Part shown: positions 13,480 to 28,000 of the stretch, piece by piece
Layout: the number at the start of each line of letters is the position of its first letter
Numbering within the stretch: the stretch's first letter is position 1
Assembly: GCA_013265495.1 (NCBI GenBank)
Contig: MU057484.1
Location: 1 to 64,000 of the forward strand
Origin: Vicugna vicugna
Taxonomy: Eukaryota
Length of the DNA stretch: 64,000 nt
Reading direction: 5' to 3'
Translations under genes and position numbers: made by a program
Notes under the pieces: generated by a model
Told to the model about the DNA's origin: nothing
Database searches by the model: none
Seen by the model: the letters and a program-made list of their open reading frames with translations, nothing else

Positions 13480-15250
13480 ATTATTGCCCATGTTCTACAT
13501 GGGTAAACTACAGGACTCTACTGAGGGGTAAAGAAAGAGGTGTGAATGTAGAGACATCAACATATTGCATGGAGGAAAGCAGTTTTGTAAAGATGTAAGT
13601 TCTCCTAAAGATAATTCAAAACTTACTAAAAAATCTCATGAAAACTCTTATCTGTTTTTTTTTTTAACTTGAACAAAGTATTTTAGAATTCTTCAGGAAT
13701 AATAAAGTCATAACACTTGCCAAGAAAATTTGGGATGGAAGAAAAGAATAAAAAAAAATTCACACTGTCAGATATTAAATAAGTTTTCACAATATGTAAG
13801 ATATAGCACTGGAGAAAGAAAGTAAGATTGACAGAAAGGAACCATGAGTTCAAAAAGAGACTCTAGAGTACATAAGTACTTTGTACACGTGGGATTTGAA
13901 GTCAAAGATCAAAGTATGAATTCAATAATTGTCCTGGGACAATCAGAGAATCACCTGGAAAGAACAAATTCTATTCCTGTCATAGTGACCACAAGAAAAA
14001 TTACAGATAGTGATGTAAATTTCAGAAAGTACTAATAACAGCAAATACAACCCTTTGCTCATATTAATTCAACTTCTCCTCACTTTAACAAGTACTATTT
14101 TCATCTCCATCTCAGAGATTAAAATAACCTACAGAAGAGAATTATACCATTATAAGAAAATATTTCTAAGAATAATACCAAAAATTAAACCCAAAAAGAA
14201 GATATTTACTATCTTAAGAATATTTTGGGCCACAACAAAAATAAACCTACTGAACAAAATGAAAGGCAAGAAATGACAAGGAAAATCTCTGTGATATATG
14301 TTGATGAAGACAAGGGGTTGATTTTCATAACATACAAAGAGCTGTCACAAAGCAACAAGAAGCTCCCTCACTTAGATGTGTGCAAAGGTCAAAAGGGATC
14401 ATTCACTTTTAAAAAGTCAGATAGCTAATAAGTGAAAAATGCTCAATACCTCACTGGTCATCAACTGCAAACTAAAGCAATGTAAAAGCACTTTTGCTCA
14501 TCATGTTGGCAAATATTTTTAAAAGATATTCTAGCTAGTGTTCATCTGTGAGAGAACAAACTGTGAGTGACATTTGGAGGACGACATGTCAATGGATAGG
14601 TAAACTCTGAGAAACGTGTGAACACACAGACTCAACTCCACTTCTAGGAATCATTCCGTCTAGAAAAATATCAGTTCAATAAGATGAACTCATCAGGGCA
14701 TTTACACAGCACTGTTTACAATGGTGGGAAGAAAAGCTGAAGTGAAATCATATCCAGCGATAGAGAATTGGTTACATAACTTATTCTACATCTTTTCATT
14801 CCCCACTGGAGAAGGAATTTCTAGAGTCACTTGAAAGGAGCCTGTGATGAATGTAAATGTCACATCCAGGGACTAAATTTCCAGAAGCCTTAACTAAAAG
14901 AATACTCATACAAGATCACAGGAATGTTTGTACAAGAAGGATGTCAGTCAAACATCCTTTCTGACAGTGGAAAATGGAGAAATCTTAAGTGTCCACCATC
15001 AAGACAATGATGTGGTAAATCACGGCAAGCTTTGGGCCCTGAGGGAGCCAGCGATTCGGCATGGTCCAGGGCCTTGTCCACAGCATTCTCCCACCAAAGT
15101 TGTCCTTGCACAAGAGACCACACCTGCACATCAGGAGACCCCTCCACTCTATCTAAAAGGAACGGGTGAGTCTGTAGTGGGAAGACGTCTATGATATACC
15201 CGTGAGTGAATAAAGCGAGGGGCAGAAAACATATAGTATGGCCGTATTTT
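13480..15250 (+). mobile_element. Old L1 (L1M-type) ORF2 3' end/3'UTR fragments
   Basis: Degenerate L1 motifs (e.g. aaaatgctcaatacctcactggtcatc, actccacttctaggaatc, cagcactgtttacaat). Boundaries approximate. Confidence 0.55.
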
Positions 15251-15969
15251 TCAATAAAGCATATATGCACACACATATAAATATATTTCTCATATATGTG
15301 TATGTATGTACGTATGCATGTATGTATGTTTGTATATATATATGTCACATGCATAAACGTCGTGAAATATATACACCACATTGTCAACAGCTTTTAATCT
15401 CAGGAAATAAGGGGAATGGAGGTAGGGGGTTTTTGGTACAACCACAGTTCTCTGTTCAGTATTTCATTAAGTATACTTGGAATTTAAAAGTTTACTTAAG
15501 TACAAAGTAAAATGGACGATGCCTCCACAAGACAGAATGGTATACTGGTCATTAAAAATCATTCCAGGGGAGATAGAATATTGTAGAAAAATGTGTAATA
15601 AGCCAAATGGAAAATGGAGGTCTCCACACAGTAAACAGGCCCAGAGTGCTCGCTGGTTTTTGTGACAGAGGTGATACACACTGACGAAAAGAACAGAAAA
15701 AAGATGTTAACGTGTTAATTATTATCTCTGAGTAGTGGGACCAGGATAGCATGTTTTGTCCCTTTTTTTCAGACTTATTATATTCAGTACACATTATTTT
15801 CCACCTGAAAAAAACATTTTTAGATGTGTGGTACAGCACATTGGAGAAAATACACGAGTACTTACAGAAACAAATAACTAGGACACACCGCAGCAGCGTA
15901 AAACAATGTAGAACGGGTGATCCTGAATAACACCAAGCAGTTACATAAGGACCCACAAAATGAGAGCAC

Positions 15970-16090
15970 CTGCTGTAACAGTGTATGGCCCCCTTCTATT
16001 TGTCACTTGTGTTTTCAGGGCTGAGGCAGTACTGAGCACGGCCAGTGTCAGTGCTGGTGTCTGGATGGATGCCACTGGAGGTGAGGGCAT
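15970..16090 (-). pseudogene. TRAPPC9: TRAPPC9 pseudogene exon 6
   Basis: ttgcag|ATGCCCTCACC...TACAGCAG|gtgctc. Encodes [38 protein letters not shown] versus recalled [40 protein letters not shown]. In-frame TAG at 15996-15998; 121 nt versus 122. Confidence 0.92.
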
Positions 16091-16666
16091 CTGCAAGCCG
16101 AGAGGAAGAACAGAAATCATCATCTGCTTTTTCTGTGTTGTTTCTTTGTTACTTTGAAAGAGAGGCATAAATAAGATAAACTGTGTATCTTCCCTACTGA
16201 AATTACAGTAATGAAACCGTTTTTAAAGTCTTCACAGATTATATTCTGCCTAAAACTGTCTTCAACAAAGCATCATATATATTAAATGTTGATTAACTCA
16301 GTTAATAAACTCCCTGTTGAAAACTTCTATTAAAGAACATGAAATGCACTACGTAAAAGCACCACGCCTGCAGTGAATATCATAGCTGTCTTGACGGCAG
16401 TGCAGTCAGCACCCACCATCCCGTGGCCCTGAGCTCCTGATGCTGGTGAGAGAGCATGCTGCCGCCTCAGATGGAGAGAAACTGTGAAAGCATTCTCTGA
16501 AATCTACAGCACTGACAATACAAAACTGACAAATCCCAGGCTCCTTTGAGGCTGTCATTTTCTGTTTCTGGCCAACACCTGTAAATGAGCAGAACCACCC
16601 CATTTCTGAGCAATGGGACTCACGTGGGAAGCAGTTTTGGAGAAATTTCCAGATATAGAATGTAAC

Positions 16667-16708
16667 CAACTATACATAGAACTCTGACAACTATACATAG
16701 AACTCTGA
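16667..16708. repeat. Perfect 21-bp tandem duplication
   Basis: caactatacatagaactctga x2. Confidence 0.9.
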
Positions 16709-18544
16709 CAAAAGAAACGATGAAATACTCTGATTTTGGAAGACACCGAAAATATTCTCCTAAGCCTTAGTAGCTGGAAAGATCGGGCTTCTCCTAAGCC
16801 ACTTATTTATTTCACAGCCAGTGAGCATCTCCCACAAACCCTGTTTCCCTGTGTCTGCTGGGAGCCTCAGGCACACTCTTGCCGTCGATCTTATAAGTCA
16901 CAGGGCAGAGGTGTGTGTCTCACGCCCGCAAAACTCACACAGGCTCACCTCCTAGCCTCACTGTCTGAACTTGGCCCCATTTTCTCACCTGTTTATTTAG
17001 TATCTGTTCTTCTGTAATCTGCCTGAAGTGTTTCTTGGAACAAGTCAGAAGAATGAGTGGGTAGAGAAATGGATAAATGGACTGGTGAGAGATGGGCAGA
17101 CAGACACAGTGTCTCCAAGAAAAGGGGAACAAAGAAAATTTCCTATGCAAGACTCTCTTCTAGTCAGGGAAGAAAGCCATCACGGAGAATTGTGAAGAGA
17201 CAGGTAGCTTAGGACTGTTTCCTGGATTCCATGAAAAATAACACCAAGAGATGAGAGGGTAGAACTATAAATAATAAAAGAAAAAGCATGCATGCTTGAA
17301 AACTATATCTACAATATGTACTTTCTAAAGAATAGATTCAAATCAGCAGGGCCCAATAACACAATCCTTGGGTATTTACAGAATTGAGAATCACATCTCC
17401 AAACCACAAGGCATCACTTTCAAGCACTGAGAGTCTACAAGGTGCGGTCATAAAGCCGTCACCGCAAAAGCTATGCTATCCTGCACTTACGAGGAACGAG
17501 CAGCTGTGCTCTGGCTGCCCACGTGCGTCATTTACACCCCACAGCACCTCTACCGGGGGGACGCCTAGCGAGCCCCATCTTTGCAGGACAGAAAACAAGT
17601 CTGGGAGAGGCTAAGCCGACCTATCAGTTCTCCACCTCACAGGACTGGTCACTCCAGAGCAGGACTCGAACTCGGACCCACGTTTGTAACCTCAGTACTA
17701 CCGTGATTTATGTGATTTTTGTGTGTATAATACATTTGTTTCTGGCATGAAAGTATATTTAATAAATGTTCGGTTGTCTTGTCTATCTCATTAGCTCACA
17801 ATCAATCTTTATACTGTTGAATTGTACTCTTTTCCCCTGAACAAAGGAACGGAAAGAGCAGGGGTCAGAATGAAATGGGGCTCCATTCTTTATCTGGTAC
17901 CTCATCTCATCCAAGTCCCCAACCAGGGAGAAGAAGCAACTGTTCTCTTCATCACTTAAAGAGCGGGCTCCACTGATGGTGACTTAGCTCCAAAACCAAG
18001 GCTGGGGGAAGGGCACATGCAGCAACCAGGGCAGTATCACCTGTAGGAAGGCGAAAACAGCTCACTGGAAGGCTCGGGGAGTGAGCCTGATTTAATTTCA
18101 ATCGATAAAAGAATACCACAGTCTATAAATACTAGCATGCAATTAATTTGCTCTTTCTTGACGTCTAGCAATTTTCCACAGCCCACATGTAACATTATCA
18201 TGAACCAGTGAAAGGAAGACTCTACACACAGGGAAAATCAACGCCACAGGCAGGCTGAAATCCAGGCTGGAGGAAAGGATGAGAAAGGGCATAGTTAAGA
18301 AGAGGGGAAAGGCTGGGAAAAAGACATCATCACAAGGACTCTGAAGCATCATCCAACAATCATATAATCATTTATTCAAGAGAGAGTTACTGAGGTCCTA
18401 TTTTGTGCAAGACTTTACAGAGAGCAAAGCAAGTGCGCAGCATCCATTGTGGCAGCAAGTGGCGGGGCTCAAATGCACTTCTGATCCCGGTACCTTGCAC
18501 ACTTTTCCTCAGTATAAAGGCAAAGAAAATAAAGTAAAATAATA

Positions 18545-18840
18545 CTCTGTAAATTCAACGCATTGTTGAAAAAAATTAAAGAAGACCTAAATACCTGCAC
18601 AGACACACAATGCAGATGCCTGGATCAGAAGCCAGTGCTCTTGGAATGGCAGTGCTCCCCAGAGCGATCAGTATATTTAACGTGGTCTCGTTCACAATCC
18701 CAGCGGGCTCCTCTGCAGAAACTGACTAGCTGCTGCTACAATTCATATGGGAACTCGAGGTTCTCAATAACCAAAATGCACTTGAAAAAAAAGAACAAGA
18801 TGAGAGGACTTGTAATTCTCAATTTCAAACATTACAACTG
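18545..18840 (+). mobile_element. L1 ORF2 fragment
   Basis: Degenerate translation LKKIKEDLN..., and aaaagaacaagatgagaggacttgtaattctcaatttcaaacattac is typical of L1 ORF2. Confidence 0.7.
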
Positions 18841-20404
18841 TATCTACAAGTGAGATTAGAGGCCATTTTTAAGGTATTATTGTGTTTATCCTTATTTTCT
18901 AAATTCTGTACAACGAATATACCTGTTAGAATAAGAAAAATAATTGGGAAAAAATATTTTAACTATAAAGAGGTAAACAAATATCTAGTGAAAAATGACT
19001 ACTTAAAATCAAGAGTGCATTTACATTTTTCATAAATTGAAAACTGAAAAGCACAAACACAAGTTTCTAGGGAGACCGATGCAACATAATAATAGTTATT
19101 TTCAAAATTCTAATTGAACAGTGAAAACTCAAGAAAGGGAAAATCGTGATTGACAGCCAACTGCAAACACATGGAGAGCAAAGGCTTAGAAATCACTGTT
19201 CCTTTAACTCTGCTACTAACTCAATTGGAGAGGAAATTCCTCACTGAGGGGACAGTGGAATCCCATGCATAACACAGGATACACAGTACAAACTGCACTA
19301 GATACGTGGGTGAGTTTCTTAGAAGAATTCTAAAGTTACAACATTGCTGTAAAAGTATAAAAACACTGACAGACAGATTAAAACAGAAAGTCATATATAT
19401 TATATAGAAACATATGAAGTCTTCTCCCATGTTTCATAGAAATATAAACATATTTGTTCCTTTATGGGCACTGGTTACTTTATCCCAGATAGAATATTTC
19501 AACTAAAAAAAATTAATAATACACTCCTCTTGTCAAATATAGTTGATAAGTTACTCTGCTATGTAACCGTAATGTGTCTAAGATAGATCTAAAATTAGTG
19601 AAAAAGATCTTTGTATGGTTTCTTGAACTGTTCTCAAAATTCCAAGCTTAATTTTAAAATAGATCTGAGCAGTATTTCTATATTATCTTTTCCCTTGTGA
19701 AATGAACAACACAGTCTGTTGTCAAAATTCTGTCCTTAAAATGATTCACGAGCACCATATCCTAACTGCTGGACAATAAGGCACAATAGGAAAACTATGA
19801 CCAAATAAATGAAACATAAGGAAGACAGTGACCCTATTCTGGAGGGATTAAATTCTGTGTCATCACTGGGGTTTTTATTTGATTGGTTTGATTGGATAGC
19901 AAATTAAAATCAATCAAGTACATTCTTCTTTGAGCATTCTATATGTCATGACTCTGTTTTTAGTGTCATGAGCAGGAAAGACTTAAGCATGACTTGATTA
20001 CGTCAACTAGCAACAATCATCACTGGAGAGTGACTAATAAAGTAGTTAACTGATAGCAATGCTTCTGCCTACATGAGACGTAAAATAAACCTACACTGAT
20101 CTCTGCAAGGAAAATGAGGAGATGAGGTCCTCAATGAGAAAAAAACTAACAAGATATCAAAAAAGGAAAGACTTTTTCATTAACGATTCCAGGAAAGAGT
20201 GGAGCATGGTGGTGAAGAGCACACATGCTAGGGACAAACATGAGGGTCTGAACTCCCACAGCACTGGGTACCTGTGACACTGATATGTCAGTCAAATTCT
20301 CTGCATCTCAGTCTCCGATCCATAGACTGGGGACAACAACAGCACCCGTCTCCTAGAACAGTCCTAAGAATTCAGTTATTTTATATATAAAAGTTTAAAT
20401 AAAA

Positions 20405-21450
20405 TACCTCAGATTTTAAATACTAACCCAAAAGCACAAGGAACAAACAAAAGAGAGATAAATTGGAATTCATCAAAATTTAAAACTTTGCTTCAAATGA
20501 TACCATTCAGAAAGTGAAAAAACAACACACAGGAGAAAATTTTTTCAAATCATTTATCTGATTAGGAATTTGTATCTCCAAATAAAAAAAAAACTCCTAC
20601 AAATCAACAATAAAAATGCAACTCAATTAAAAAGTGAATAAAGTATCTGAAAAGGTATTTTTCAAGGAAAATATACAAATAGCCAATAAGCACAGTGAAA
20701 CGATGTTCAATATCATTAGCTGTAAGGGAAATCAAGTCAAAACCACTAGGAGAAACCGCTTCACACTCACTGCAATAGGTTATAATCAAAAAAAGAGTAA
20801 CAAGCACTAATGAGGACACAGAGGAAGTGGAGCTCGCAGCCCTTGCTGGTGAGGACGTAACAGTGTGGCCACTTTGGAAAACAGACTGGCAGGGCCTTAG
20901 AGGGTTGAACATTTGGTTTCTGAATGATCTAGCAATTTTGCTCTCTGGGTACACACGTAAGATAACTGAAAACAAATGTCCACATAAAAAATCCTACAGG
21001 AATGTTCACGGCCCCATTACTCATCACAGCCAAAAAGCAGAAACAACACAAATGCCTATCACCTGATGAATGGGTAAACAGTGGGGCCCAGCCATACAGT
21101 GGAATATTATTCATCAATAGCAAAACATAGAGTACTGACCCAGGTCATAACGTGAACAATCATTGAAAACGTTAGTGTGAAAGAAGTCAGTCAAAATAGA
21201 CGGTTCAATTTACATGAAATGATTCGACTTACATGAAATGTCCAGCACAGGCAAATCCACAGAGAGAGAAGAGTGGCTCCTTGGGGCTGGGGGAGGATGG
21301 GGAAGATGGGAATGACTGCTTATGCATACGGGGCTTCCTGTTGGAAGTATGAAAATGTTCTAAGATTGACTGGGATGCACAATTCTGGCATAGAGTAAAT
21401 ACCGCTGTACATTTTAATGGGTGAATTGTATTAAAACTGTTAAGAACAAA
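20405..21450 (+). mobile_element. L1 (L1MB/MC-like) ORF2 end and 3'UTR
   Basis: Canonical L1 3' motifs: aaattggaattcatcaaaatttaaaac, gccaataagcac, atgttcaatatcattag, cacctgatgaatgggtaaac. Confidence 0.85.
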
Positions 21451-22230
21451 AGCAACTCGGGCCAGTACCTTCCCATAGTAAATTCAAATTGCTAACTTTT
21501 ATTACAGGAAGAAGAAACTGCCCTCAACATGAAAGCAGAAGATCAGCAAATGTTAGTTAACCGAAGTTGGACAAGAGCATTTCACTTGAAACAGTTGCTC
21601 AGTGTACATGAATTATTTAAAAATAGGAAAATCTGCTTGACAGCACAAAGAAGCATTCTGCTTCAAATGCAGATCAAGGATTTGGCATGACCAGCTGCTA
21701 AAAATGACCAGAGAAGAAACCTTGTTCTTAAAACAAGCACCAGAGCCAACAAGGAATTGGTGGTGAGGAAAGCAGGCGTGCGAAAATCTGGAACAGTTTG
21801 CTACAAATAATTACTCCACTGAAAATTCAAAAATAAAATGAAAGTGATGCAATGCTGTGTTGACCTCACGTGAATGGGCTTCCTTCGGTGCTCCACAGTT
21901 CTGTAACCCCGAATGAGAGACTTAAGAGAATCAGCATGGCCCCTGGGAGTCCCCAAGTTACTGCCCACCAGCACGCTGACCACCATCACATCTGCCAGGG
22001 TTGAATTGCAGAGAAGAGACCAACTTCTGAAAGGCACAGGAAATGTTGACAAGGGAAGAAAAGGCTGTGGTCTGTCCTGGGACAGAGGCCCTGTGAGCAG
22101 AGGCCAGAATGCTGTATGTGAACTGGAGTGGCCCTGGGGCAGGAAGGGACCACGGGGGAGCAGATTTCAATTCTCTTCTCTCTCTCCCTCGGGTAGGAGA
22201 GATAAATCCTGCTTCCTTCTCACCTGGAAC

Positions 22231-22830
22231 TGTGGATTCTGGCTGGCAGAAGTCTTACCGACACGGAATGATTACTTAAGACTCTGTGGAAATAGTTAAG
22301 ATATCAAGAGGGAGTAGGGAGCCAACTCCACGAGCCTCTCAAATGCTCCCATATTTATTGTGTATAGTCGGAAAAAAAGTCATTAACAGTTGTGTGATAG
22401 TAAGCAGGAACTTGGGTAAAGATGGGATGAGACAGAGATTGTAGAATCCACAATAAGTACAAAGTCTTAGTGTATCTTTAGGGAAGTCATGGGGTGAGGG
22501 GAACAAGACACATTTTTAGATATGTGAAGTACAAAGCAGACCACCAGACCAGCCAGGTCCTTGTTTTGGGGATAATAGACAATCTAACAGCACATAGGCC
22601 CGGCGTTTATAGCCAAGGGCCTGGGTCCTTGCTTTGCAATGAGCAGAGTGCTATCTAAAACCTCAACTATGCAAGCAAAGCATTGTCTCTGTTTTTTAAG
22701 GCAAGGAGACAGGAGTGAGGATGCATAGGCCCCTGCTCACAAAGCAGTTACTAAGCATATTTTTTCTTCTTAAATTTGACAGGCGGCTGGGGTCTGTTAC
22801 AATTTGTTAACCCAATCATGGGCTCCCTCA
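22231..22830 (-). mobile_element. ERV2/ERVK (betaretrovirus-like) solo LTR
   Basis: 600 bp with TG...CA termini and a perfect 6-bp TSD tggaac (22225-22230/22831-22836). Minus-strand AATAAA at 22354-22359. Confidence 0.85.
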
Positions 22831-24085
22831 TGGAACCATTATGGAGAACACCCTGGGATGACAAATCCTGGCTCTGGGCCTTTTCCTGCCAGCTTCAGCC
22901 ACTCTAGCAGGTCTAGGCACATCTCTGAATAACGATCCCAGAGAACCACCCACACTCTAACTCCTGGTGCTTGAAACTTAAATTTAGCTCTCCACAACTT
23001 AACGTAGAAAAGTTTCAGAAAAAAAGGTACTATATTCGTTTTATATCTCATCATAGGACTGATTTTTTCTGATTGCTCTAAGCTGCTTCTACTTGGTAAA
23101 GCACCTAATTCTGCAGGTGAATTCAGTACATTCCATTGGGCATAACTAGCCAGTTTGGGCTCGCTAACGTCTATTGGGAATATACCGATACTTTTAATTG
23201 ATTTCATTGTTCATCAATTTCAGCCGGGAGGAGAGGAATTGTCACTCTCTCCCTCAGCCCAACCTCAACTCTTTTCTCATCAGCATTTAAGGACTCCTGA
23301 AAACAAAGCAAAGCATCTGTTTCCCTTCAACACTTTCCACAAACCCAACAGGGAACATCAGCCTGGAGAAAGAATTCAACACAAATGTTAGAACAAAAAT
23401 CTATAAACCTGAAGAAACTCCATCTCCGAATCATGATACACAATGACATGAAAGTGTGTCAGGCACAAAGAATGCGTGAGCCTGACCACCTGATTTCTAT
23501 TCTTCAAATGAAGGAAGTTTTCCATATTTTTTATTATTACTCTTTGTCATTGTTTCTGATTAAGCCAAAAAATAGTTTATGAAATAATTAAGCACTGCAA
23601 TAACAGATATTTGTTGTATCAAGTACAGAAGGCATTTAGAGGGGATAGGAAAACCCACCTCTGTTAAAAAAGAAAAATATCTTCCCCTATTAAGAACACA
23701 TATTCAAAATGCAACAGAGAATTCAAATTCTTGTGGAGAAGAGGAAAAGCCACAGAATCAAATCAAAGTCATTACTATGAGTCAATTCATAATTCACTGG
23801 ACAAACATGATCAATGCATTCAATGAATTTTAAAGGCACACTGCAAACCATTCACTTAATGATCTGCAGGCTAGAGGAAGAATTTCCCTCTTTAACAGAC
23901 AACAGAAATCAATAGGGTGCCCCACCAAACAAGGACCAAAGAACAATCAGGTTTTTAACAGTTCTGATAAATCACCATGTTCTAAAGATCAAAATCCAAA
24001 AATTGTAAACGTTCATTCACACCACAATGAAACAAGCACTTAAAAAAAGAAAAACCCAAAAAAACTAAGCATATAGATTACGTAC

Positions 24086-24112
24086 ATAGATCAATGAAAA
24101 TTTCTTGTACCG
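24086..24112 (-). pseudogene. TRAPPC9: TRAPPC9 pseudogene exon 5 (27-nt microexon)
   Basis: cttgttctttcttccag|CGGTACAAGAAATTTTCATTGATCTAT|gtacgt. Exactly 27 nt, VQEIFIDL versus recalled AQEVLIDP, and located between exons 3 and 6. Confidence 0.8.
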
Positions 24113-24977
24113 CTGGAAGAAAGAACAAGCTATAGTCTTTTACTTGAAAAACAAAACTACTTTTAAAGATAAATGCTAAAACACATTTCATCATTCATAT
24201 TGCCTTGAAAAATCTGAGGCACTTGTTTCTGATCAGAAAAGCAATTCTGAGTAATAGTATGTCACAATTCAGTGCCAGTTTGCTTTAGAAGAAATGAGAA
24301 AAGAAAAGCTACTGTTTCTCATATCCTGCAAAAAGTGTGAATTGCCTCCCTGCCTCTTTCTCCTCCCATTTTCTAAGCTGATGCTCCCCAACCCTTCTGA
24401 AACAAGTATGAAAACCTCGTATTCCCACCAATATGCCAAATGACATAAGAATATCAAGTTATTTGTGTAAATATTTGCCTACACCTTGATTGGAGGAGAA
24501 AGGTATCAGAAGGCTATATGGAACTTCTTTCTACCTTCCTGAAATCACACACAAAAACGTTCACACAGACACAGACACACACCCCCTGGATTACTGGGCA
24601 CTTCACAAGCTTAGGACTTCCAACTTCTAGAAGATAAATTTGTAGTTAGTTTAAAATACAAAATGGTGAGCTTTTGAAAGACTTCATCATCTGCTAAACC
24701 ATCCAAATATCAACGAGACCCAATTAGCCTTCTCTGTAAAATGTAATTTCCCATGATGGCAAAACAGACCCTAAGAAGTACTGGATCTAAGGCTCGTGTT
24801 TCTAACTAGCTATGATCGTTTTTAAGCACATTAACAGATTCAGAAAGGTATGTCCCTGCAACAATTATTCTTATTGAAATAGCATACGTGTTGAATTGTC
24901 TATACAGGGACTAGGTCTCATGATGGTGTTTAAGAGCAATTTTGTGTATTTCAATATTTATTTTTACGTGTAGACAA

Positions 24978-25072
24978 GGAGGGTGGGTATTACTCAGTTG
25001 TAGAGCACCTGCTTAGCATACACAATGTCCTGGCTTCAGCCCTAGTACCTCCAAAACAATAAATAAAAATAA
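24978..25072 (+). mobile_element. tRNA-derived SINE (camelid Vic-1-like)
   Basis: gggtattactcagttgtagagcacctgcttagcatacacaatgtcctggcttcagccctagtacctcc plus A-rich tail; degenerate A and B boxes. Confidence 0.75.
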
Positions 25073-28000
25073 TTGCATATTTTAAAATAAGAATTAAGTT
25101 ATGAAAAAAATGCTGACTAAAAACCACTGCAATCTAGGAGCCACAAGTATAATAAAAAAAAACAAGTGTTTCTATCAAATATTGAGTATATGCCAATTAC
25201 AGAGACAACCACAAATCACACCTGACAAGCATCACGTGTGATTCTCAGCAACTCTACTAAGTAGACACGGATGAGAATCCCGGCACTGCGGAGGAAGTTA
25301 CGGAGTTTCGAGGAGCCGGGGAAGCTGACCGTCCTGCTCCCCGTGACACCGCGTCAGCCCAGGGAAAGCCCTGACAGAGCTGCACTGAGGGGACACCCAG
25401 AAAACACTAAAAATTGTTCAGTGAAAAATGAGCTCAAATATATTACACTGTGCCACATCCTTTAAACAGGGAACAAGACTGAGACCTTTTTGATGCCTCC
25501 GTGTCCTTTCTGCCATCATCAATTATTTGCCCTCTCAGCGTGACCAGTGATGAACTGGACCCCATATGAAGTGCACTCAGATGGCAGAGATTTTAAAGCT
25601 GTTTTATGAAGTTTGTAAGACTCTGTCTATGCCTCACTCAGGCGGTCATCCATCACTTCTCACCGGTGTGGATGTACCACCTGAAGTCACTCCTTTCTAC
25701 TTTTTAAAATCCCTTCATCTAATCCAGACTTTTCAACAGCAAAGAAGCAGATCAACTACAGACAGTGGACAGCTTTTCACCAAATGGACTCGAACAGCCC
25801 ATCAGACTACCTGGAAGCCCTTTTCTTATATTAAACCCACTTCCAGATACTTCATCATTTTCTGATTGGTAGACTTTGCCTCTGACTGGTCTTCTCAAAG
25901 AGCTCCCAGCCTCACATCCTGGGGTGGGAGAAGACCCTGCTATTGGGAGAAATCAGTGAGGAAGGTGGACATCCTCCAGTCAGGTCTGCACGGGTAGAAG
26001 TGCCACAACGTGCCCAGAAATTGTACCGTCAGCACCCCTGGGCTCCCATGGACTGGTTTCACATTAACCAAACTCATGAGACACTGAAGCAAGAAAACCA
26101 GAAACTGAAACTTATTAATGTAACAGAAGACGTGAAACTATGAACCAGACTGAAATATCAGAGTTCAGCCATGAGTACATTTTCTCCTCCACGGCCCAAT
26201 CACGGGCAGGCAGTCACATGGCAAGCGTGGACAGAAGCAGAGCAGAAAGGGTTTCTAGATTAACTCAAAGGACTAAATTTCTGTTATATGAACAGATCTA
26301 GTGCCTGGAAAACAATGCTAATCACGGTGTACTCTTCATGGACTGTTGCCGAGACACAACTGTGAGCACCTGTGTAACTTTCCTTTCACTGTCCTTTCTG
26401 GGCTAACTGATGCACAGAGGTACAGAGATCCAGGGATGCAGATATCTCTAAACACCCAAAGCCCATCTCTGGGAGCCTCAAAACCAGACAGCCAGGGTTT
26501 AAATACCAGATCTGCCACTTACTAACTCTGTGACTTTGGCCAACTTACTTATCCTCTGTGTGCCTCAATTTCCACACTGTAAAACTGGGATAACAATCAA
26601 ACCTTCCTTACTCACTTGTTGAGAAGATTGAAGGATTCATTTCTGTAAAACTCTCAGAAAAGAATGTAGCACATTTTTGGTGCCCAACAAATGTTAACTT
26701 AATATTAAAGTGATTTACAATTCTCCTTTCTAATCATCTTCTGTGTTTCCTGGCTAGTCTAAGTCTCAAAGAATATCCTTGTTTCTCCTTTAATAAACTC
26801 TTGGGGAGCACCCGCCTCTTCCATCCCACCACCTATTTAAATTGAGGGAAGGGATGCCTCCTCCCCACTCCTCTGGGTCATGGAGGGTGCTTCTCCCTTA
26901 ACACCCCTGACCCATGGCCCACAGCTAGCCTTCGTCACACTAACAGAGTGAGGTGTGAATCTGGGGAGACAAGCAGGGCATGTGAAACCCTTCCTACTCT
27001 CCAGTGTTGGCCACCCTTGGGAAGCACCTGGGATGCTCAGCTGCATGGCAGAACAGCCCTGTGCATGATGGGGCAGATCCTCTCAAGGAAAGGCTCGCTG
27101 TGGCCCAGAGCTACCTGGGACAGGGTGAGTCTCTGTTTGTCGGACACAGTATCATATCACGTATTTTCCCACAGCCCTGAAGTTCATGGAGAACGTGGCT
27201 TCATCAGTAAAAAGAAGACATTTATCGCCTGACTACTCTTTTGTGTCATCTCTCAGTTGGCTGCTGGAGACAACATGTGTATAACTATTGGATCCCCTTA
27301 AGCCCCAACATATATGAAGTAACAAAAACTTCTGTGGCTTAACGATGGTTAAGGGTGACTGTGTAACATTTCTGACCCTGCTGATGCTAAATTATGGGTA
27401 TAGGATCTATGGAACCTCCTAAAATATCTTTCATCATAAAACCAGCTTTTCTTATTTTCCTGTTTCTTAGTAATTGCCAAAGACTATAAAATGATGGCCT
27501 CACACATAACAGCAGCTAAAGGTTATGAGTCCTCCTGACATACCCACTATGATAAACACTTTACATAATTTCTAATTCTCACAATTCTACAAAGCAAATA
27601 TGAGCGTCCCCATCTCACAGATGAGGGAAAAACTCAGAACGAACTGACTCAGGCTCAAGTGGGTCAGTGGCAGCACGTGCACACATACCCAGGCCAAAAG
27701 ACTACACCCCTTCGTACATGTACCAAATCTCCTACCACCATTTAACACACAGCGGCGGGGTCAATACTCAGGGAACTCAAAACACTTTTCAGCTTTAAGG
27801 TGCTCCAGAGGCCACTTCTAGCTCTTTGATAAAATCCAGGCTCACTGGTTTCTAACACTGGAAGAAAAGTCCGATTTTGCCATTGTTTGCACAGCAAGTC
27901 TGAAATGTTCACAGCGAGATGACAGAATAAAACTAAGACTTAAGCAGAATAATTTTTTCCAGGTAGACAGACATAATGGACATTGTGCTATTCTGAAGCA

